The translations under genes and the position numbers were made by a program. Source: a virus (Duplodnaviria > Caudoviricetes). Taken from it: 34,395 nucleotides of DNA. Position 1 is the first letter of the stretch. The number at the start of each line of letters is the position of its first letter. This document shows positions 7,823-16,930 of the stretch, one piece after another. Under the pieces are notes generated by a model. The model was not told where the DNA came from, made no database searches, and worked only from the letters and a program-made list of their open reading frames with translations. The stretch is taken from IMG/VR virus record IMGVR_UViG_3300012663_001203, positions 1-34,395 of that record; one strand, 5' to 3'.

Positions 7823-8442
7823 TATGAGTTCCTTATTTCTTGTACTGAATCTTTCCACACTTCTTGTGGTTTGGCGTTCTTAAATTGTTGGATTGGTAAA
7901 AATACTGCAATATCCCACTCATTATGTTCTACCGAAAGAATCCTGGACTTAACATGGTTGTAAAGGTACTGTTTGATACAAGGTCTAAATTCTTTTAGTC
8001 TGGATGACGCATCCAACATCGGATAAGTCACTCGGAGTCTCTTAATCTCATCTTCATCGTTGTATATAGCATATGGTAACAATTTTTTGAGGAAATTAAC
8101 TCTATATCTAAGTGGTAAGTAATGTAGGTTTAGTCCTATGAACCCATCAGCAGTTCTTTTTAATGGTATCACCAAGGGAAACCTATCATAATATGGCAAC
8201 TCTGCCTTGCCTTTAGGATCATAGACAAAAAAGTATAAACCACCCATCAAAAACTTCTGACGGTCACTCGGCTTCACAAATCTTTGTTTTTCTTTAGTGA
8301 TTGGTCTGGCCATAGACAAAGGATTTCTCAAAGAAGATATCTTTTGCAAGAGCCATTTATATGATTCTCGACTATTCGTTTGATAATCGAGTGAGGCTTT
8401 TTCCTCAGAAAGTGAGGATAATATTGATGGTTTTATAGTCAT
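7822..8442 (-). CDS. gp2: T4 gp2-like DNA end protector protein
   Basis: G.LYFFVYDPK.K..LPYYDRFPLV, GFIGLNLHYLP, PCIKQYL..HVKS, W..A.FLP.QQF, VW.DS. Confidence 0.95.
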   Translation of the reverse strand: MTIKPSILSSLSEEKASLDYQTNSRESYKWLLQKISSLRNPLSMARPITKEKQRFVKPSDRQKFLMGGLYFFVYDPKGKAELPYYDRFPLVIPLKRTADGFIGLNLHYLPLRYRVNFLKKLLPYAIYNDEDEIKRLRVTYPMLDASSRLKEFRPCIKQYLYNHVKSRILSVEHNEWDIAVFLPIQQFKNAKPQEVWKDSVQEIRNS

Positions 8443-8446
8443 CGGT

Positions 8447-8454
8447 TATTTAGT
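8447..8454 (-). promoter_or_regulatory. Putative late promoter (ACTAAATA) immediately upstream of gp2
   Basis: Minus strand ACTAAATAACCGATG; TAAATA core 4 nt from the ATG. Confidence 0.6.
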
Positions 8455-8888
8455 TAGAGTCCAAGGTCGTCTTCTGTCACAATTTTAAATTCCCATCCAC
8501 GGTCAAGGCAGAACTCGTTAGCTGCTTTCCATTTGGATTGATTTACACCCCAAGTTGCAACCTCAGTAATGTATCGTTTCGTAACCCTCTTTTGTGGCTC
8601 TGGTGGTTTTGTTTGTTTCTTGGGTTTAACTTCAAGCATCATAGTTTTGGTTGAACCATCTTTGATGCGTACTTTGACCAGAAAGTCTGGAAAGTAACGG
8701 TGCCATCGACCATCAACAGGTGAAACATAAGGAACTATTAATTCTTCTGATGCCCAGCTAACAATGTTGGGATTTTTGTCGAGCCAAGACATTACCTTAC
8801 ATTCCCATGAAGAACGGTAAATAATGTTTTTGTGGTCTCCTGCGTATTTTGCAGGGTTTGTTGGTTTGAATGTTCCTGAATATGCCAT
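8454..8888 (-). CDS. gp4: T4 gp4-like head completion nuclease
   Basis: MAYSG.FKP.NP.KY.GD, IYRSSWE, W.SEE..VPY.SP.DG..HRYFPDF, EVKP.KQT, VNQ.KW.AA; start taken at MAYSG (8888). Confidence 0.95.
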   Translation of the reverse strand: MAYSGTFKPTNPAKYAGDHKNIIYRSSWECKVMSWLDKNPNIVSWASEELIVPYVSPVDGRWHRYFPDFLVKVRIKDGSTKTMMLEVKPKKQTKPPEPQKRVTKRYITEVATWGVNQSKWKAANEFCLDRGWEFKIVTEDDLGL

Positions 8889-8902
8889 AAATACTATGTA
8901 TA
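8886..8902. promoter_or_regulatory. Pair of oppositely oriented late promoter-like elements between gp4 and gp48
   Basis: + strand CATAAATA 8886-8893 pointing to gp48; - strand TATACATA 8902-8895 pointing to gp4 (one mismatch to TATAAATA). Confidence 0.5.
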
Positions 8903-8921
8903 ACAATTTTTAAAAGAAACC

Positions 8922-9896
8922 ATGGCAATAATCTCAATTCCAACATCAATTGCTGGCATAACCATACCGGGACTGAATAAAGGCCCATTGGGTGCATTGT
9001 TTAATAATCAATACTCAACAAAATCAATACAATATCCTAGTGATTTAGGTTCAACAAACAAGAATCACATGGTTCGTTTTGATATTAGAGAAGTAATTTC
9101 ATCTGAGATAGATATTGGTAAAATAGATTTTGGCAATGTTTTGGGTGACCGCACCATTTCAGTCGAAAATGCCACGAATGTTGTGCAAAACGCCATGAAT
9201 GTTGGGACTTCTATTGGTAAGGACACAGCAAAAGCTGTCGATATGATTGTCAGTGAACTCGGCGACACACAAAAAACTTTCACAGAAAATTTGAATCCTG
9301 GTGTTGGTAACATTCTTTCAACTATACAATTATATATGCCAGATTCAATGGATTTTCAATTAGGTATTAATTATAATGATACAACGGATCTTTTAGATGC
9401 AGCAGCATCTTTGCCGTTTGTTGGTGAAGCAGCAAGAAAATTACAGTCTGCAACTAAAAATTCAGCAGCTCAATTAGCTCTGAAGAAATTAGGTTATGCA
9501 GTGAACCCACAGGTACAGTTATTGTTTGAAGGAATAAGTTTTAGAGAGTATTCAATGTCGTTTGTATTTTCACCAAATTCCAAAGAAGAAGCACGAAACA
9601 TACAAGAAATTATAAAATTGTTTAGAGGTTATGCTGCACCAGAAATTGTCAGAAACACAAAAGGTATGTTTTACCGACCTCCTGCGTATTTTGATGTTTC
9701 TTTCTATTCAAATGGTTTAGAAAATAAAAAAATAAACAGAATCAAAAGAAGTGTCGTTAAAAATGTTGAAGTTAATTATGCACCAAACGGATGGGCTGCA
9801 CACTCTGATGGTGCGCCAGTACAAACCACAATGACTATTCAATTACAAGAAATTGTTCTTATCGACAGAAATGAAATTTTCAATAGCGGTTATTAA
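8922..9896 (+). CDS. gp48: T4 gp48-like baseplate tail tube cap
   Basis: QYP.DL, IQLYMP, NPQ.QLLFEG..FR.YS..F.F.P.S.EEA..I..II..F, V.VNYAPNG, G.PVQ..MT..LQE. Confidence 0.85.
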   Translation: MAIISIPTSIAGITIPGLNKGPLGALFNNQYSTKSIQYPSDLGSTNKNHMVRFDIREVISSEIDIGKIDFGNVLGDRTISVENATNVVQNAMNVGTSIGKDTAKAVDMIVSELGDTQKTFTENLNPGVGNILSTIQLYMPDSMDFQLGINYNDTTDLLDAAASLPFVGEAARKLQSATKNSAAQLALKKLGYAVNPQVQLLFEGISFREYSMSFVFSPNSKEEARNIQEIIKLFRGYAAPEIVRNTKGMFYRPPAYFDVSFYSNGLENKKINRIKRSVVKNVEVNYAPNGWAAHSDGAPVQTTMTIQLQEIVLIDRNEIFNSGY

Positions 9897-9898
9897 AA

Positions 9899-10498
9899 AT
9901 GAAATATTTCGAAAAAATACCAAAAGTTATTTACACCGACAAAACCGGATACTCCAAGGTTATGACAAACCTTATGGCTCGGGTTAGTGTAAAACCTTCT
10001 ATGTTAAACAATTCTGTTATCTATTATGAATACAGTATACAAGACGGTGACACACCGGAAATTATTGCACACAAATATTACGGAGATGTTTATCGTTACT
10101 GGATCGTATTGTATGTGAATGAAATTTTGGATCCACAATGGGGTTGGCCACTTAATTCAAATGAATTTCAAAGATATATTGATGACAAATATGCAAATAT
10201 TGATGTGTATAATACCACACACCATTTTGAACAAATTATAACTCAGCACGATAGTGGTACAAATACGACTACAACAAACAAATTAATTATTGACCAAAAC
10301 ACTTACAACAACTTAATAACATCCACAAAAACTGCCACATTTTCCACTGGAACAGTAACAATTACAACAACAAAAAAACTTGTGTCTTTGTATGATTATG
10401 AGTTGGAGTTAAATGAAAACAAAAGAAATATTAAAATTTTAAATTCACAGTATGTGGATCAACTTGAAACAGAATTCTCTGATTTGATGGCTGCTTAA
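9899..10498 (+). CDS. gp53: T4 gp53-like baseplate wedge subunit (LysM-like)
   Basis: MKYF..IP, Y.IQDGDTPEIIA.KYYGD..YWIVL..N.I.DP...WP, YE...NE.KRNIKIL. Confidence 0.92.
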   Translation: MKYFEKIPKVIYTDKTGYSKVMTNLMARVSVKPSMLNNSVIYYEYSIQDGDTPEIIAHKYYGDVYRYWIVLYVNEILDPQWGWPLNSNEFQRYIDDKYANIDVYNTTHHFEQIITQHDSGTNTTTTNKLIIDQNTYNNLITSTKTATFSTGTVTITTTKKLVSLYDYELELNENKRNIKILNSQYVDQLETEFSDLMAA

Positions 10499-10499
10499 A

Positions 10500-11846
10500 A
10501 TGGATCAATTTTTAAATAATGCTGAAAAAAGTGGAATTTCTTATCCACAAGATTTTTATATAAGTAAATTACAATTTATAACACCAGCAGGATCAATAGA
10601 TTTTGAAAGGTTATTGGTCGAACTTTCTTACTATGAAGACATTTTTTCATTCGTTTCGTCCGGACATTTAAGTGTCGTTGACGGCCAAGGTTTTATTGAA
10701 GCCTTGCAGCTTAGTGGTAATGAATTTTTGCAAATTGAATATAGCAAATCTAAGAATGGTCCATCAAACAAAAATACTTTCAGAGTTTATAAAATTGGTG
10801 ATAGAGTTCCTGGTGGCAATCCAAATACAAGTTTTTACACATTGTATTTTTGTTCCGAAGAATTGTTATTGTCGGAACAAAACAAAATTACAAAAACATA
10901 TCCAGGAACTAAAATATCTGATATTGTAAAAAATATACTGAATGAAGAACTAAAAGTCTTACCAAAAAATATTTACAAAATAGAAGAAACGACTGGTTTA
11001 TATGACTTTTCTATACCAAGATTGAAACCATTTGAAGCAATATCTTGGTTGTCAACATATGCGAGGCCGCAGTCTGCCGGACCAAGCGGCGGTTCAGATA
11101 TGTTATTTTTTGAAACTAAAGATGGATATAATTTTAGGTCAATTAAATCAATGTTATCTGCATCTCCAATGGCAACTTACAAATACCAATTGAATAACTT
11201 GGAATCTGCTGATTTGACAGAAAAAATATTTACTGTATTGGATTATGAGTTTGTCAAAACACAAGATATGTTAGAAAACATAAGTTCTGGTATGATAGCC
11301 AACAAATTAATATCAATTGATCCATTGAAAAGATCCTATAAGACCACAAATTTTAATATCAATTCAAATGAAACCAATACAGGTTCTATAAAAAATAGAT
11401 TAGGTAAAACACAAACCGAATCTTATGATTCTGTGGTTAAAGTTGTGACGACAAATGCTGGCCAAAGAGATGTTCCTTACATTAAAGAAAATGAAGGTAG
11501 TGTTGCACAAGATATTTTTATTGAAACATATGTACCAAATCGTACATCACAAATTAATTTGGCCAATTATATTACAGTAAAAATGACAGTGCCTGGAAAT
11601 CCTATTTTGACTGTTGGTAGAACCATTAACTTTAATTTGTTGTCACAAAGAAATTCATCAAATAATACACAAAAAGATTTGGATGCATTTTATTCTGGTA
11701 AATATCTAATTACAGCAGCTCGACATGTGATAAGCGCTGAAGGTAAATATGTAACAGTTTTGGAAATTGTTAAAGAAAAAACAGATAAACGGTATGCGAA
11801 TATTGGCAGCAACAGTGGTACATGGAAATCAGTGGTGGAAGAATAA
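10500..11846 (+). CDS. Putative gp27-like baseplate hub protein
   Basis: YYEDIF...SG....D, LSGNE, LYFCSEE, P.LKPFEAI.WL, LFFETKDGYNFRS, VPGN...VG..I, YSGKYLITA.RH; between gp53 and gp5. Confidence 0.7.
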   Translation: MDQFLNNAEKSGISYPQDFYISKLQFITPAGSIDFERLLVELSYYEDIFSFVSSGHLSVVDGQGFIEALQLSGNEFLQIEYSKSKNGPSNKNTFRVYKIGDRVPGGNPNTSFYTLYFCSEELLLSEQNKITKTYPGTKISDIVKNILNEELKVLPKNIYKIEETTGLYDFSIPRLKPFEAISWLSTYARPQSAGPSGGSDMLFFETKDGYNFRSIKSMLSASPMATYKYQLNNLESADLTEKIFTVLDYEFVKTQDMLENISSGMIANKLISIDPLKRSYKTTNFNINSNETNTGSIKNRLGKTQTESYDSVVKVVTTNAGQRDVPYIKENEGSVAQDIFIETYVPNRTSQINLANYITVKMTVPGNPILTVGRTINFNLLSQRNSSNNTQKDLDAFYSGKYLITAARHVISAEGKYVTVLEIVKEKTDKRYANIGSNSGTWKSVVEE

Positions 11847-12850
11847 TGCAAAACTTTATAGGAAAAGACGGCTTTAATTGGTGGATGGGTGTCGTTGAGG
11901 ATATTAATGATCCTTTGATGATTGGTCGAGCTCGAGTTAGAATTTTTGGTTGGCACTCAGAAAATTTGCAAGAAATGCCAACGAATGAATTGCCTTGGAC
12001 TGTTCCAGTAAATTCACCAAACACATCAAAATCGGTTGCACCACCACGGGTAAATGATTATGTGGTTGGGTTTTTTACTGACGGACAATCCGCTCAGTCA
12101 CCAGTGATGTTGGGTGTTTTTCCTGGTTTAGAACCAACTTCGGTTGACACAGCAAAAGGATTCTCACCACAAACAAATATGGTGTCGGCACAACCACCTA
12201 GTGGACAAGTAATATATGTTCCTGGTCAACCAACGACACCACCAACATCAAGACAAGTGGTTTCTGGTACACCAATTGAAAAAAGCAATAATGAACTGGC
12301 TCATGTTTGTGATTTCATTACAGAATTGCAAAAAAATAATTTGTTAAAGAAATTCTTAGTGGCACAGGCCGGAGCAATCAGAGATGCCATTCGTGCGGTA
12401 ATGAGAGCTTTAGGATTTTCAGATGCTACGGGTGCAAACCAATGGGCAATAGATAAATTTAAAACAATCACAAGAGAACTAAAGAGAATTCAAAAAGAAA
12501 TTATTCAACCAGTTTTAGACTTTGAAAAAATTGCTGTTCAATACATAAAAAAATTACAAGATATCATAAATTGGATACTAAGTTTACCTGCTAAGTTGTA
12601 TGCTTTATTAAAAGATTGTTTGGAAAATTTATATAAATTAGTAAAAAATGTACTTAATGATGTTATTGATGCAGCAAACCCATTTGAAGATTCGGGTTTT
12701 AGTGATGTTATGTCGGCAGCAAAAGAAACAGTTCAAACTGTTGGCCAAACAGTAAGCCTTGCTGCAACAGCTGCTGGTAACGCCGCAGCTATTTCTACAG
12801 TTGCCACAAGCACAGTAGACAATATAAGTAACTTGAAAAAAGGAATATAA
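11846..12850 (+). CDS. gp5: gp5 N-terminal part: OB-fold plus amphipathic helical region, no lysozyme domain
   Basis: F.WW.GVVED..DP...GR.RVRI.G.H, LPW, V.GFF.DG..AQ.PV.LG = gp5 OB-fold; start at ATG 11846 (TAATG coupling). Confidence 0.85.
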   Translation: MQNFIGKDGFNWWMGVVEDINDPLMIGRARVRIFGWHSENLQEMPTNELPWTVPVNSPNTSKSVAPPRVNDYVVGFFTDGQSAQSPVMLGVFPGLEPTSVDTAKGFSPQTNMVSAQPPSGQVIYVPGQPTTPPTSRQVVSGTPIEKSNNELAHVCDFITELQKNNLLKKFLVAQAGAIRDAIRAVMRALGFSDATGANQWAIDKFKTITRELKRIQKEIIQPVLDFEKIAVQYIKKLQDIINWILSLPAKLYALLKDCLENLYKLVKNVLNDVIDAANPFEDSGFSDVMSAAKETVQTVGQTVSLAATAAGNAAAISTVATSTVDNISNLKKGI

Positions 12851-13626
12851 TGGCTACAACACCATCACCATCAGATAATTTATGGACAGAACCTGAATCC
12901 GCAGCAACAAATGATACTCCACCGGATTATGGTTATAACCATGCAACACATACAGAGTCCGGTCACCTATTTGAGCTGGATGATTCTATTGGCCGTGAAA
13001 GAGTCCGTTTAAATCATAGGTCTGGAACATTTATTGAGATGCATCCTAATGGGGACGAAGTTCACAAAGTATATGGTGACGGTTATGAAATTATTATAAA
13101 AAATAAAAATGTTCTAATTAAAGGCACTTGCAATATTACCATTGAAGGTGATGCAAATATGCATGTTCTTGGAAATAAAAACGAAAGAATTGATGGTGAT
13201 TATAATATGGAAGTAAGAGGTGATATGATTGCAAGAGTGCGTGGCACTAATGGTATGCAGTTAATATCTGATAATGACATGACGATAACATCAGGACAAC
13301 CAGGAACTGGTGCTCTCTATATAAATGCAAGTGACCATATATACACAGCATCCGATTTGGTTGTGGGTGGTTCAATTTCTGCTGATACAATCTCCGCAGA
13401 ATCTAGAATGAATGCTGGTACAGGTGTATATGCTGGTCCACTTGGTGTATTTTCTTTGGGACCAGTTACCGCACCAACAGCTTCTATTGGTTATGCAAGT
13501 ATTGGTATCATGGATGCTGTATTGATGACTGACACCATCAATTCAACACTATTCAATTCTCACACACATATTGGAAACAGAGGTTGGCCAACCAGTCCTC
13601 CATTAGCAAAGTTTTTTGGAATTTAA
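12850..13626 (+). CDS. gp5: gp5 C-terminal part: triple beta-helix spike with HxH apex
   Basis: Y.YNH...TESGH..E.DD..G.ER....HRSGTF.EMHP.G, 8-residue I/V.G repeats (IKGTCNIT IEGDANMH VLGNKNER IDGDYNME VRGD), terminal FNSHTH.G...PTSPP. Confidence 0.85.
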   Translation: MATTPSPSDNLWTEPESAATNDTPPDYGYNHATHTESGHLFELDDSIGRERVRLNHRSGTFIEMHPNGDEVHKVYGDGYEIIIKNKNVLIKGTCNITIEGDANMHVLGNKNERIDGDYNMEVRGDMIARVRGTNGMQLISDNDMTITSGQPGTGALYINASDHIYTASDLVVGGSISADTISAESRMNAGTGVYAGPLGVFSLGPVTAPTASIGYASIGIMDAVLMTDTINSTLFNSHTHIGNRGWPTSPPLAKFFGI

Positions 13627-13628
13627 TT

Positions 13629-14438
13629 ATGGCAACAGTTAATAATGCAACAGGCGTTTTCGCAACCTTAGGATACAATTTTAGTGATCCTAATGGATAT
13701 GTGTCAACACTATCATCAAATTCACAGGAACATTTGAGTACTGTGCCACCACTCATCACAAGTTGGCAAGCTCAAGATGTAGCAAACAATGATGTTGGTG
13801 GATATTACCAAAATCCCGTTGCTTCAGATGTGTCTATAATTAGAAATGCCGCAAATACAATTACAACTTTGTATTATACCATAACAAATAACACGGTTTT
13901 TGATACTGTATTAAGTTCAGCAAACAATTTAAGTAATACTTCTGGAAGTTTTATAAGTCATACGAATAGATTGTCAAATATTACGCCAATGAATGGTGAA
14001 GATACTGTGAATCCATACTACGAAAGCGCACAATCTTATGGTAAAACCGCTTTGTATATAACAAATCAAACGGATAGTATTTCTAATAATGCACCAATTA
14101 TGGGTAGTTTCACAAGCATTTTGGTTGGTCCACAGATAAAATCACGAGCAAATACTGCAAATTCATACGTCAGTTTAATAAAAAACAGTATGCCTACTGG
14201 TGGAGGCACCTCAAATTTGTCAAATGCACAAATAACAAGCATAGAAACTGGCTTAGCGGAAATCAACACATTTCTTAGTACAAGACAAAGTTCGGATGTC
14301 ACATTCTATGGTAATCTGGTGAGTTTTGTTAACAAATACAATACGGTGAAACAGTTTAACAATATGGGAGAAACACAATCATATCTTTTAAACAATTTTA
14401 TAGGTTCGACTAAACTAATATCAAGAATTAATTCTTAA
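13629..14438 (+). CDS. Hypothetical Asn/Ser/Thr-rich virion protein between gp5 and gp25
   Basis: Open frame with likely start MATVNN at 13629, 2 nt after the spike stop; composition like neighbouring structural genes. Confidence 0.6.
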   Translation: MATVNNATGVFATLGYNFSDPNGYVSTLSSNSQEHLSTVPPLITSWQAQDVANNDVGGYYQNPVASDVSIIRNAANTITTLYYTITNNTVFDTVLSSANNLSNTSGSFISHTNRLSNITPMNGEDTVNPYYESAQSYGKTALYITNQTDSISNNAPIMGSFTSILVGPQIKSRANTANSYVSLIKNSMPTGGGTSNLSNAQITSIETGLAEINTFLSTRQSSDVTFYGNLVSFVNKYNTVKQFNNMGETQSYLLNNFIGSTKLISRINS

Positions 14439-14445
14439 TCCAGTG

Positions 14446-14453
14446 CATAAATA
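14446..14453 (+). promoter_or_regulatory. Putative late promoter (CATAAATA) upstream of gp25
   Basis: Intergenic CATAAATAAACGATG; 4 nt from the ATG. Confidence 0.65.
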
Positions 14454-14457
14454 AACG

Positions 14458-14850
14458 ATGGCAAATGCAAAAAAAATATATTCTGACATAGACTTCACCT
14501 TTACAAAAAAACCGGTGACGGCCGATGTTGCTTTAAGTTTCGATGAACAAGCGGTGATTCGTTCGGTCCGCAACTTACTTTCCACAAAACACTACGAAAG
14601 ACCTTTTAATCCAAATTTAGGGTCTAATATAGATACATTTTTGTTTGAAAATATTTCGGTTATGACAGGAGTTTCTATACAAAAAGAAATTGAAAGTGTT
14701 ATACAAAATTATGAACCAAGAGCAATAATACAAGAAATAAAAGTAACACCAAGAAATGACAAAAATGCTTATGATGTTAGCCTGTCTTTTTATATAGAAA
14801 ATGCAACATCACCAACAACAGTAACACTTCTTTTAGAGAGAAACAGATAA
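14458..14850 (+). CDS. gp25: T4 gp25-like baseplate wedge / sheath initiator
   Basis: YSDID..F...P.T.D, AV.RSVRNL..T...ERPF.P..GS, LFE, NYEPR, LER.R. Confidence 0.95.
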   Translation: MANAKKIYSDIDFTFTKKPVTADVALSFDEQAVIRSVRNLLSTKHYERPFNPNLGSNIDTFLFENISVMTGVSIQKEIESVIQNYEPRAIIQEIKVTPRNDKNAYDVSLSFYIENATSPTTVTLLLERNR

Positions 14851-14851
14851 A

Positions 14852-16930
14852 ATGGCTGGAGCAAATTCAAATTTCCAAATGACAGAGTTGGATTTTAATA
14901 AAATTAAAACAAATCTGAAAACATATCTACAATCTCAAGATACACTAAAAGATTACAACTATGAGGGTTCGGCCATATCAACTCTTTTAGATGTTTTAGC
15001 TTACAATACACAGTATAATTCATATTATTTGAATATGGTGGCCAGTGAAATGTTTATGGATTCTGCTATACAACGCAATTCCGTCATTTCACACGCAAAA
15101 CTATTAAATTATACACCAAAATCTGTAACAGCACCGCAGGCAACAATCAACTTAAAAGTTAATCAGGTTTCTTCTGCATCACTTACATTACCAAAAAATA
15201 CACAGTTCATATCTGAAGCCATTGATGGTGTAAACTATAATTTCGTTACAACAGAATCCACCACAGTTAATGTTTCAAGTAATACCGCACTTTTCACGGA
15301 CATTAATATCAAACAAGGCATACCAGCTTTATATAACTATACTGTGGTCACTGAAGATAATCCAAATTACACATTTAAAATTCCTGATTCTGAGGTAGAT
15401 ACATCCACACTATTAATAACTGTACAGAAATCAAGTGTTGATAGTTCTTTCGACACCTATTCTTTGGCAACTGACATTTTAGGTTTAGATGGAAATTCTA
15501 AAGTTTATTTCTTGCAAGAAGGATTAGATGGTTATTATGAAATTTATTTTGGTGATGATATTCTTGGCAAAAAATTAATTGATGGTAATATTGTACGAAT
15601 GTCTTATTTGGTCACATCAGGTAAATCTGCTTATGGTGCCAATAATTTTGTATTGATGGGTCCTGTTGGTGGTTATGCCAACACTCTATTAACTTCGGTT
15701 TTATCAGCCAGTTCTGGATCAGAAAAAGAGAGTATTGCATCCATCAAATATCAAGCACCCAAGAACTATTCAGCTCAGGGTCGTGCGGTAACCAGAGAAG
15801 ATTATATTACATTATTACAACAAAACAGTTACGGTATAACATTTGATTCAGTAAATGTTTGGGGTGGAGAACAAAATGATCCACCATCTTATGGCCAAGT
15901 ATACATTTGTGCTAAACCAACTGGTTCATATTCATTAACAGCAACACAGAAACAAAAATTAATTGATAACACAATCAGACCACTTTCTGTGATGACAGTA
16001 GAACCTGTGATTGTGGACCCTGATTACACATATTTACAATTAACAGTAAATGTGTTGTATGATGCAAAAAGAACTAACTTGACTTCTGGTCAATTAGAAA
16101 ATGCAATTAAAACTTCACTCTATAGTTATTCTTCTACAGCATTGAATACATTTGATTCCACATTTTCAATTACCGATTTCCAGAATATTGTAAAAGATAT
16201 AGACCAATCAATAGTGTCTAACGACTTGTCGATAAAGGTACAAAAAAAGTTTTATCCAAATTTAACAACACCGACAACTTATAAATTATATTATGGTGTA
16301 CCACTGGAAAGAAATATGTTCCAGAGTGGAGTTCTAAGTTCACCCTCTATACAATACAGAAATCCATTAAATGCAGCGGATACAATCAATGGCGTTTATT
16401 TGGAAGAAGTTCCAACAAGTACCGGGGGCCTAGAATCAATAATAGTTATTAATCCTGGTTACAACTACCAAAGTAATCCTACTGTGACCATACTAGGTGA
16501 TGGAACTGGTGCAAAGGCTACAGCTGAAATCAATGCAAAAGGTTCATTAAAGTCTATCACAATTACCGAAAAGGGTGTTAACTATACAAGTGCAATTGTT
16601 GTTATTACACCAGCAAGTGGAGACACAACAGGCCAACAAGGCGGCGCTGTTGCAGTTTTAGAAGGTCGTTATGGTAACCTAAGAACATACTATAATGATG
16701 CAACAAATGTCAAAACAGTCTTCAACGCAAAAATCGGAACTATAGATTATCAAGAAGGTGTTATTACATTAAACTCATTTAATCCATTGAATGTTGATAA
16801 TCCATTGGGACAATTAACAATCACGGCAAAACCAACAACATCAATTATATCATCTACATACAATAGAATTATTACTGTAGATCCATATGATCCAAATTCA
16901 ATCATAGTTAATGTCACTGCCAAAAAATGA
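14852..16930 (+). CDS. gp6: T4 gp6-like baseplate wedge subunit
   Basis: LDF..IK.NLK.YL..Q....DYNYEGS..S.LLDVLAYNT.YN, DSA..R.SV.S.AK.L.Y.P.S, YEIYFGD...GK, ESI.SIK..AP..Y..Q.RAVT..DY, VWGGE..PP.YG.V. Confidence 0.96.
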   Translation: MAGANSNFQMTELDFNKIKTNLKTYLQSQDTLKDYNYEGSAISTLLDVLAYNTQYNSYYLNMVASEMFMDSAIQRNSVISHAKLLNYTPKSVTAPQATINLKVNQVSSASLTLPKNTQFISEAIDGVNYNFVTTESTTVNVSSNTALFTDINIKQGIPALYNYTVVTEDNPNYTFKIPDSEVDTSTLLITVQKSSVDSSFDTYSLATDILGLDGNSKVYFLQEGLDGYYEIYFGDDILGKKLIDGNIVRMSYLVTSGKSAYGANNFVLMGPVGGYANTLLTSVLSASSGSEKESIASIKYQAPKNYSAQGRAVTREDYITLLQQNSYGITFDSVNVWGGEQNDPPSYGQVYICAKPTGSYSLTATQKQKLIDNTIRPLSVMTVEPVIVDPDYTYLQLTVNVLYDAKRTNLTSGQLENAIKTSLYSYSSTALNTFDSTFSITDFQNIVKDIDQSIVSNDLSIKVQKKFYPNLTTPTTYKLYYGVPLERNMFQSGVLSSPSIQYRNPLNAADTINGVYLEEVPTSTGGLESIIVINPGYNYQSNPTVTILGDGTGAKATAEINAKGSLKSITITEKGVNYTSAIVVITPASGDTTGQQGGAVAVLEGRYGNLRTYYNDATNVKTVFNAKIGTIDYQEGVITLNSFNPLNVDNPLGQLTITAKPTTSIISSTYNRIITVDPYDPNSIIVNVTAKK

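Noticed and set aside
7823-13628. Longer ORF-track starts for gp54-like (7858), gp4 (8906), gp5-N (11822) and the 284-aa ORF (13584)
   Set aside because: Downstream ATGs match conserved N-termini or TAATG coupling and avoid long overlaps.
13629-14438. Abundant N-X-S/T glycosylation sequons
   Set aside because: About 8 of 36 Asn are in sequons, roughly what the Ser+Thr content predicts.
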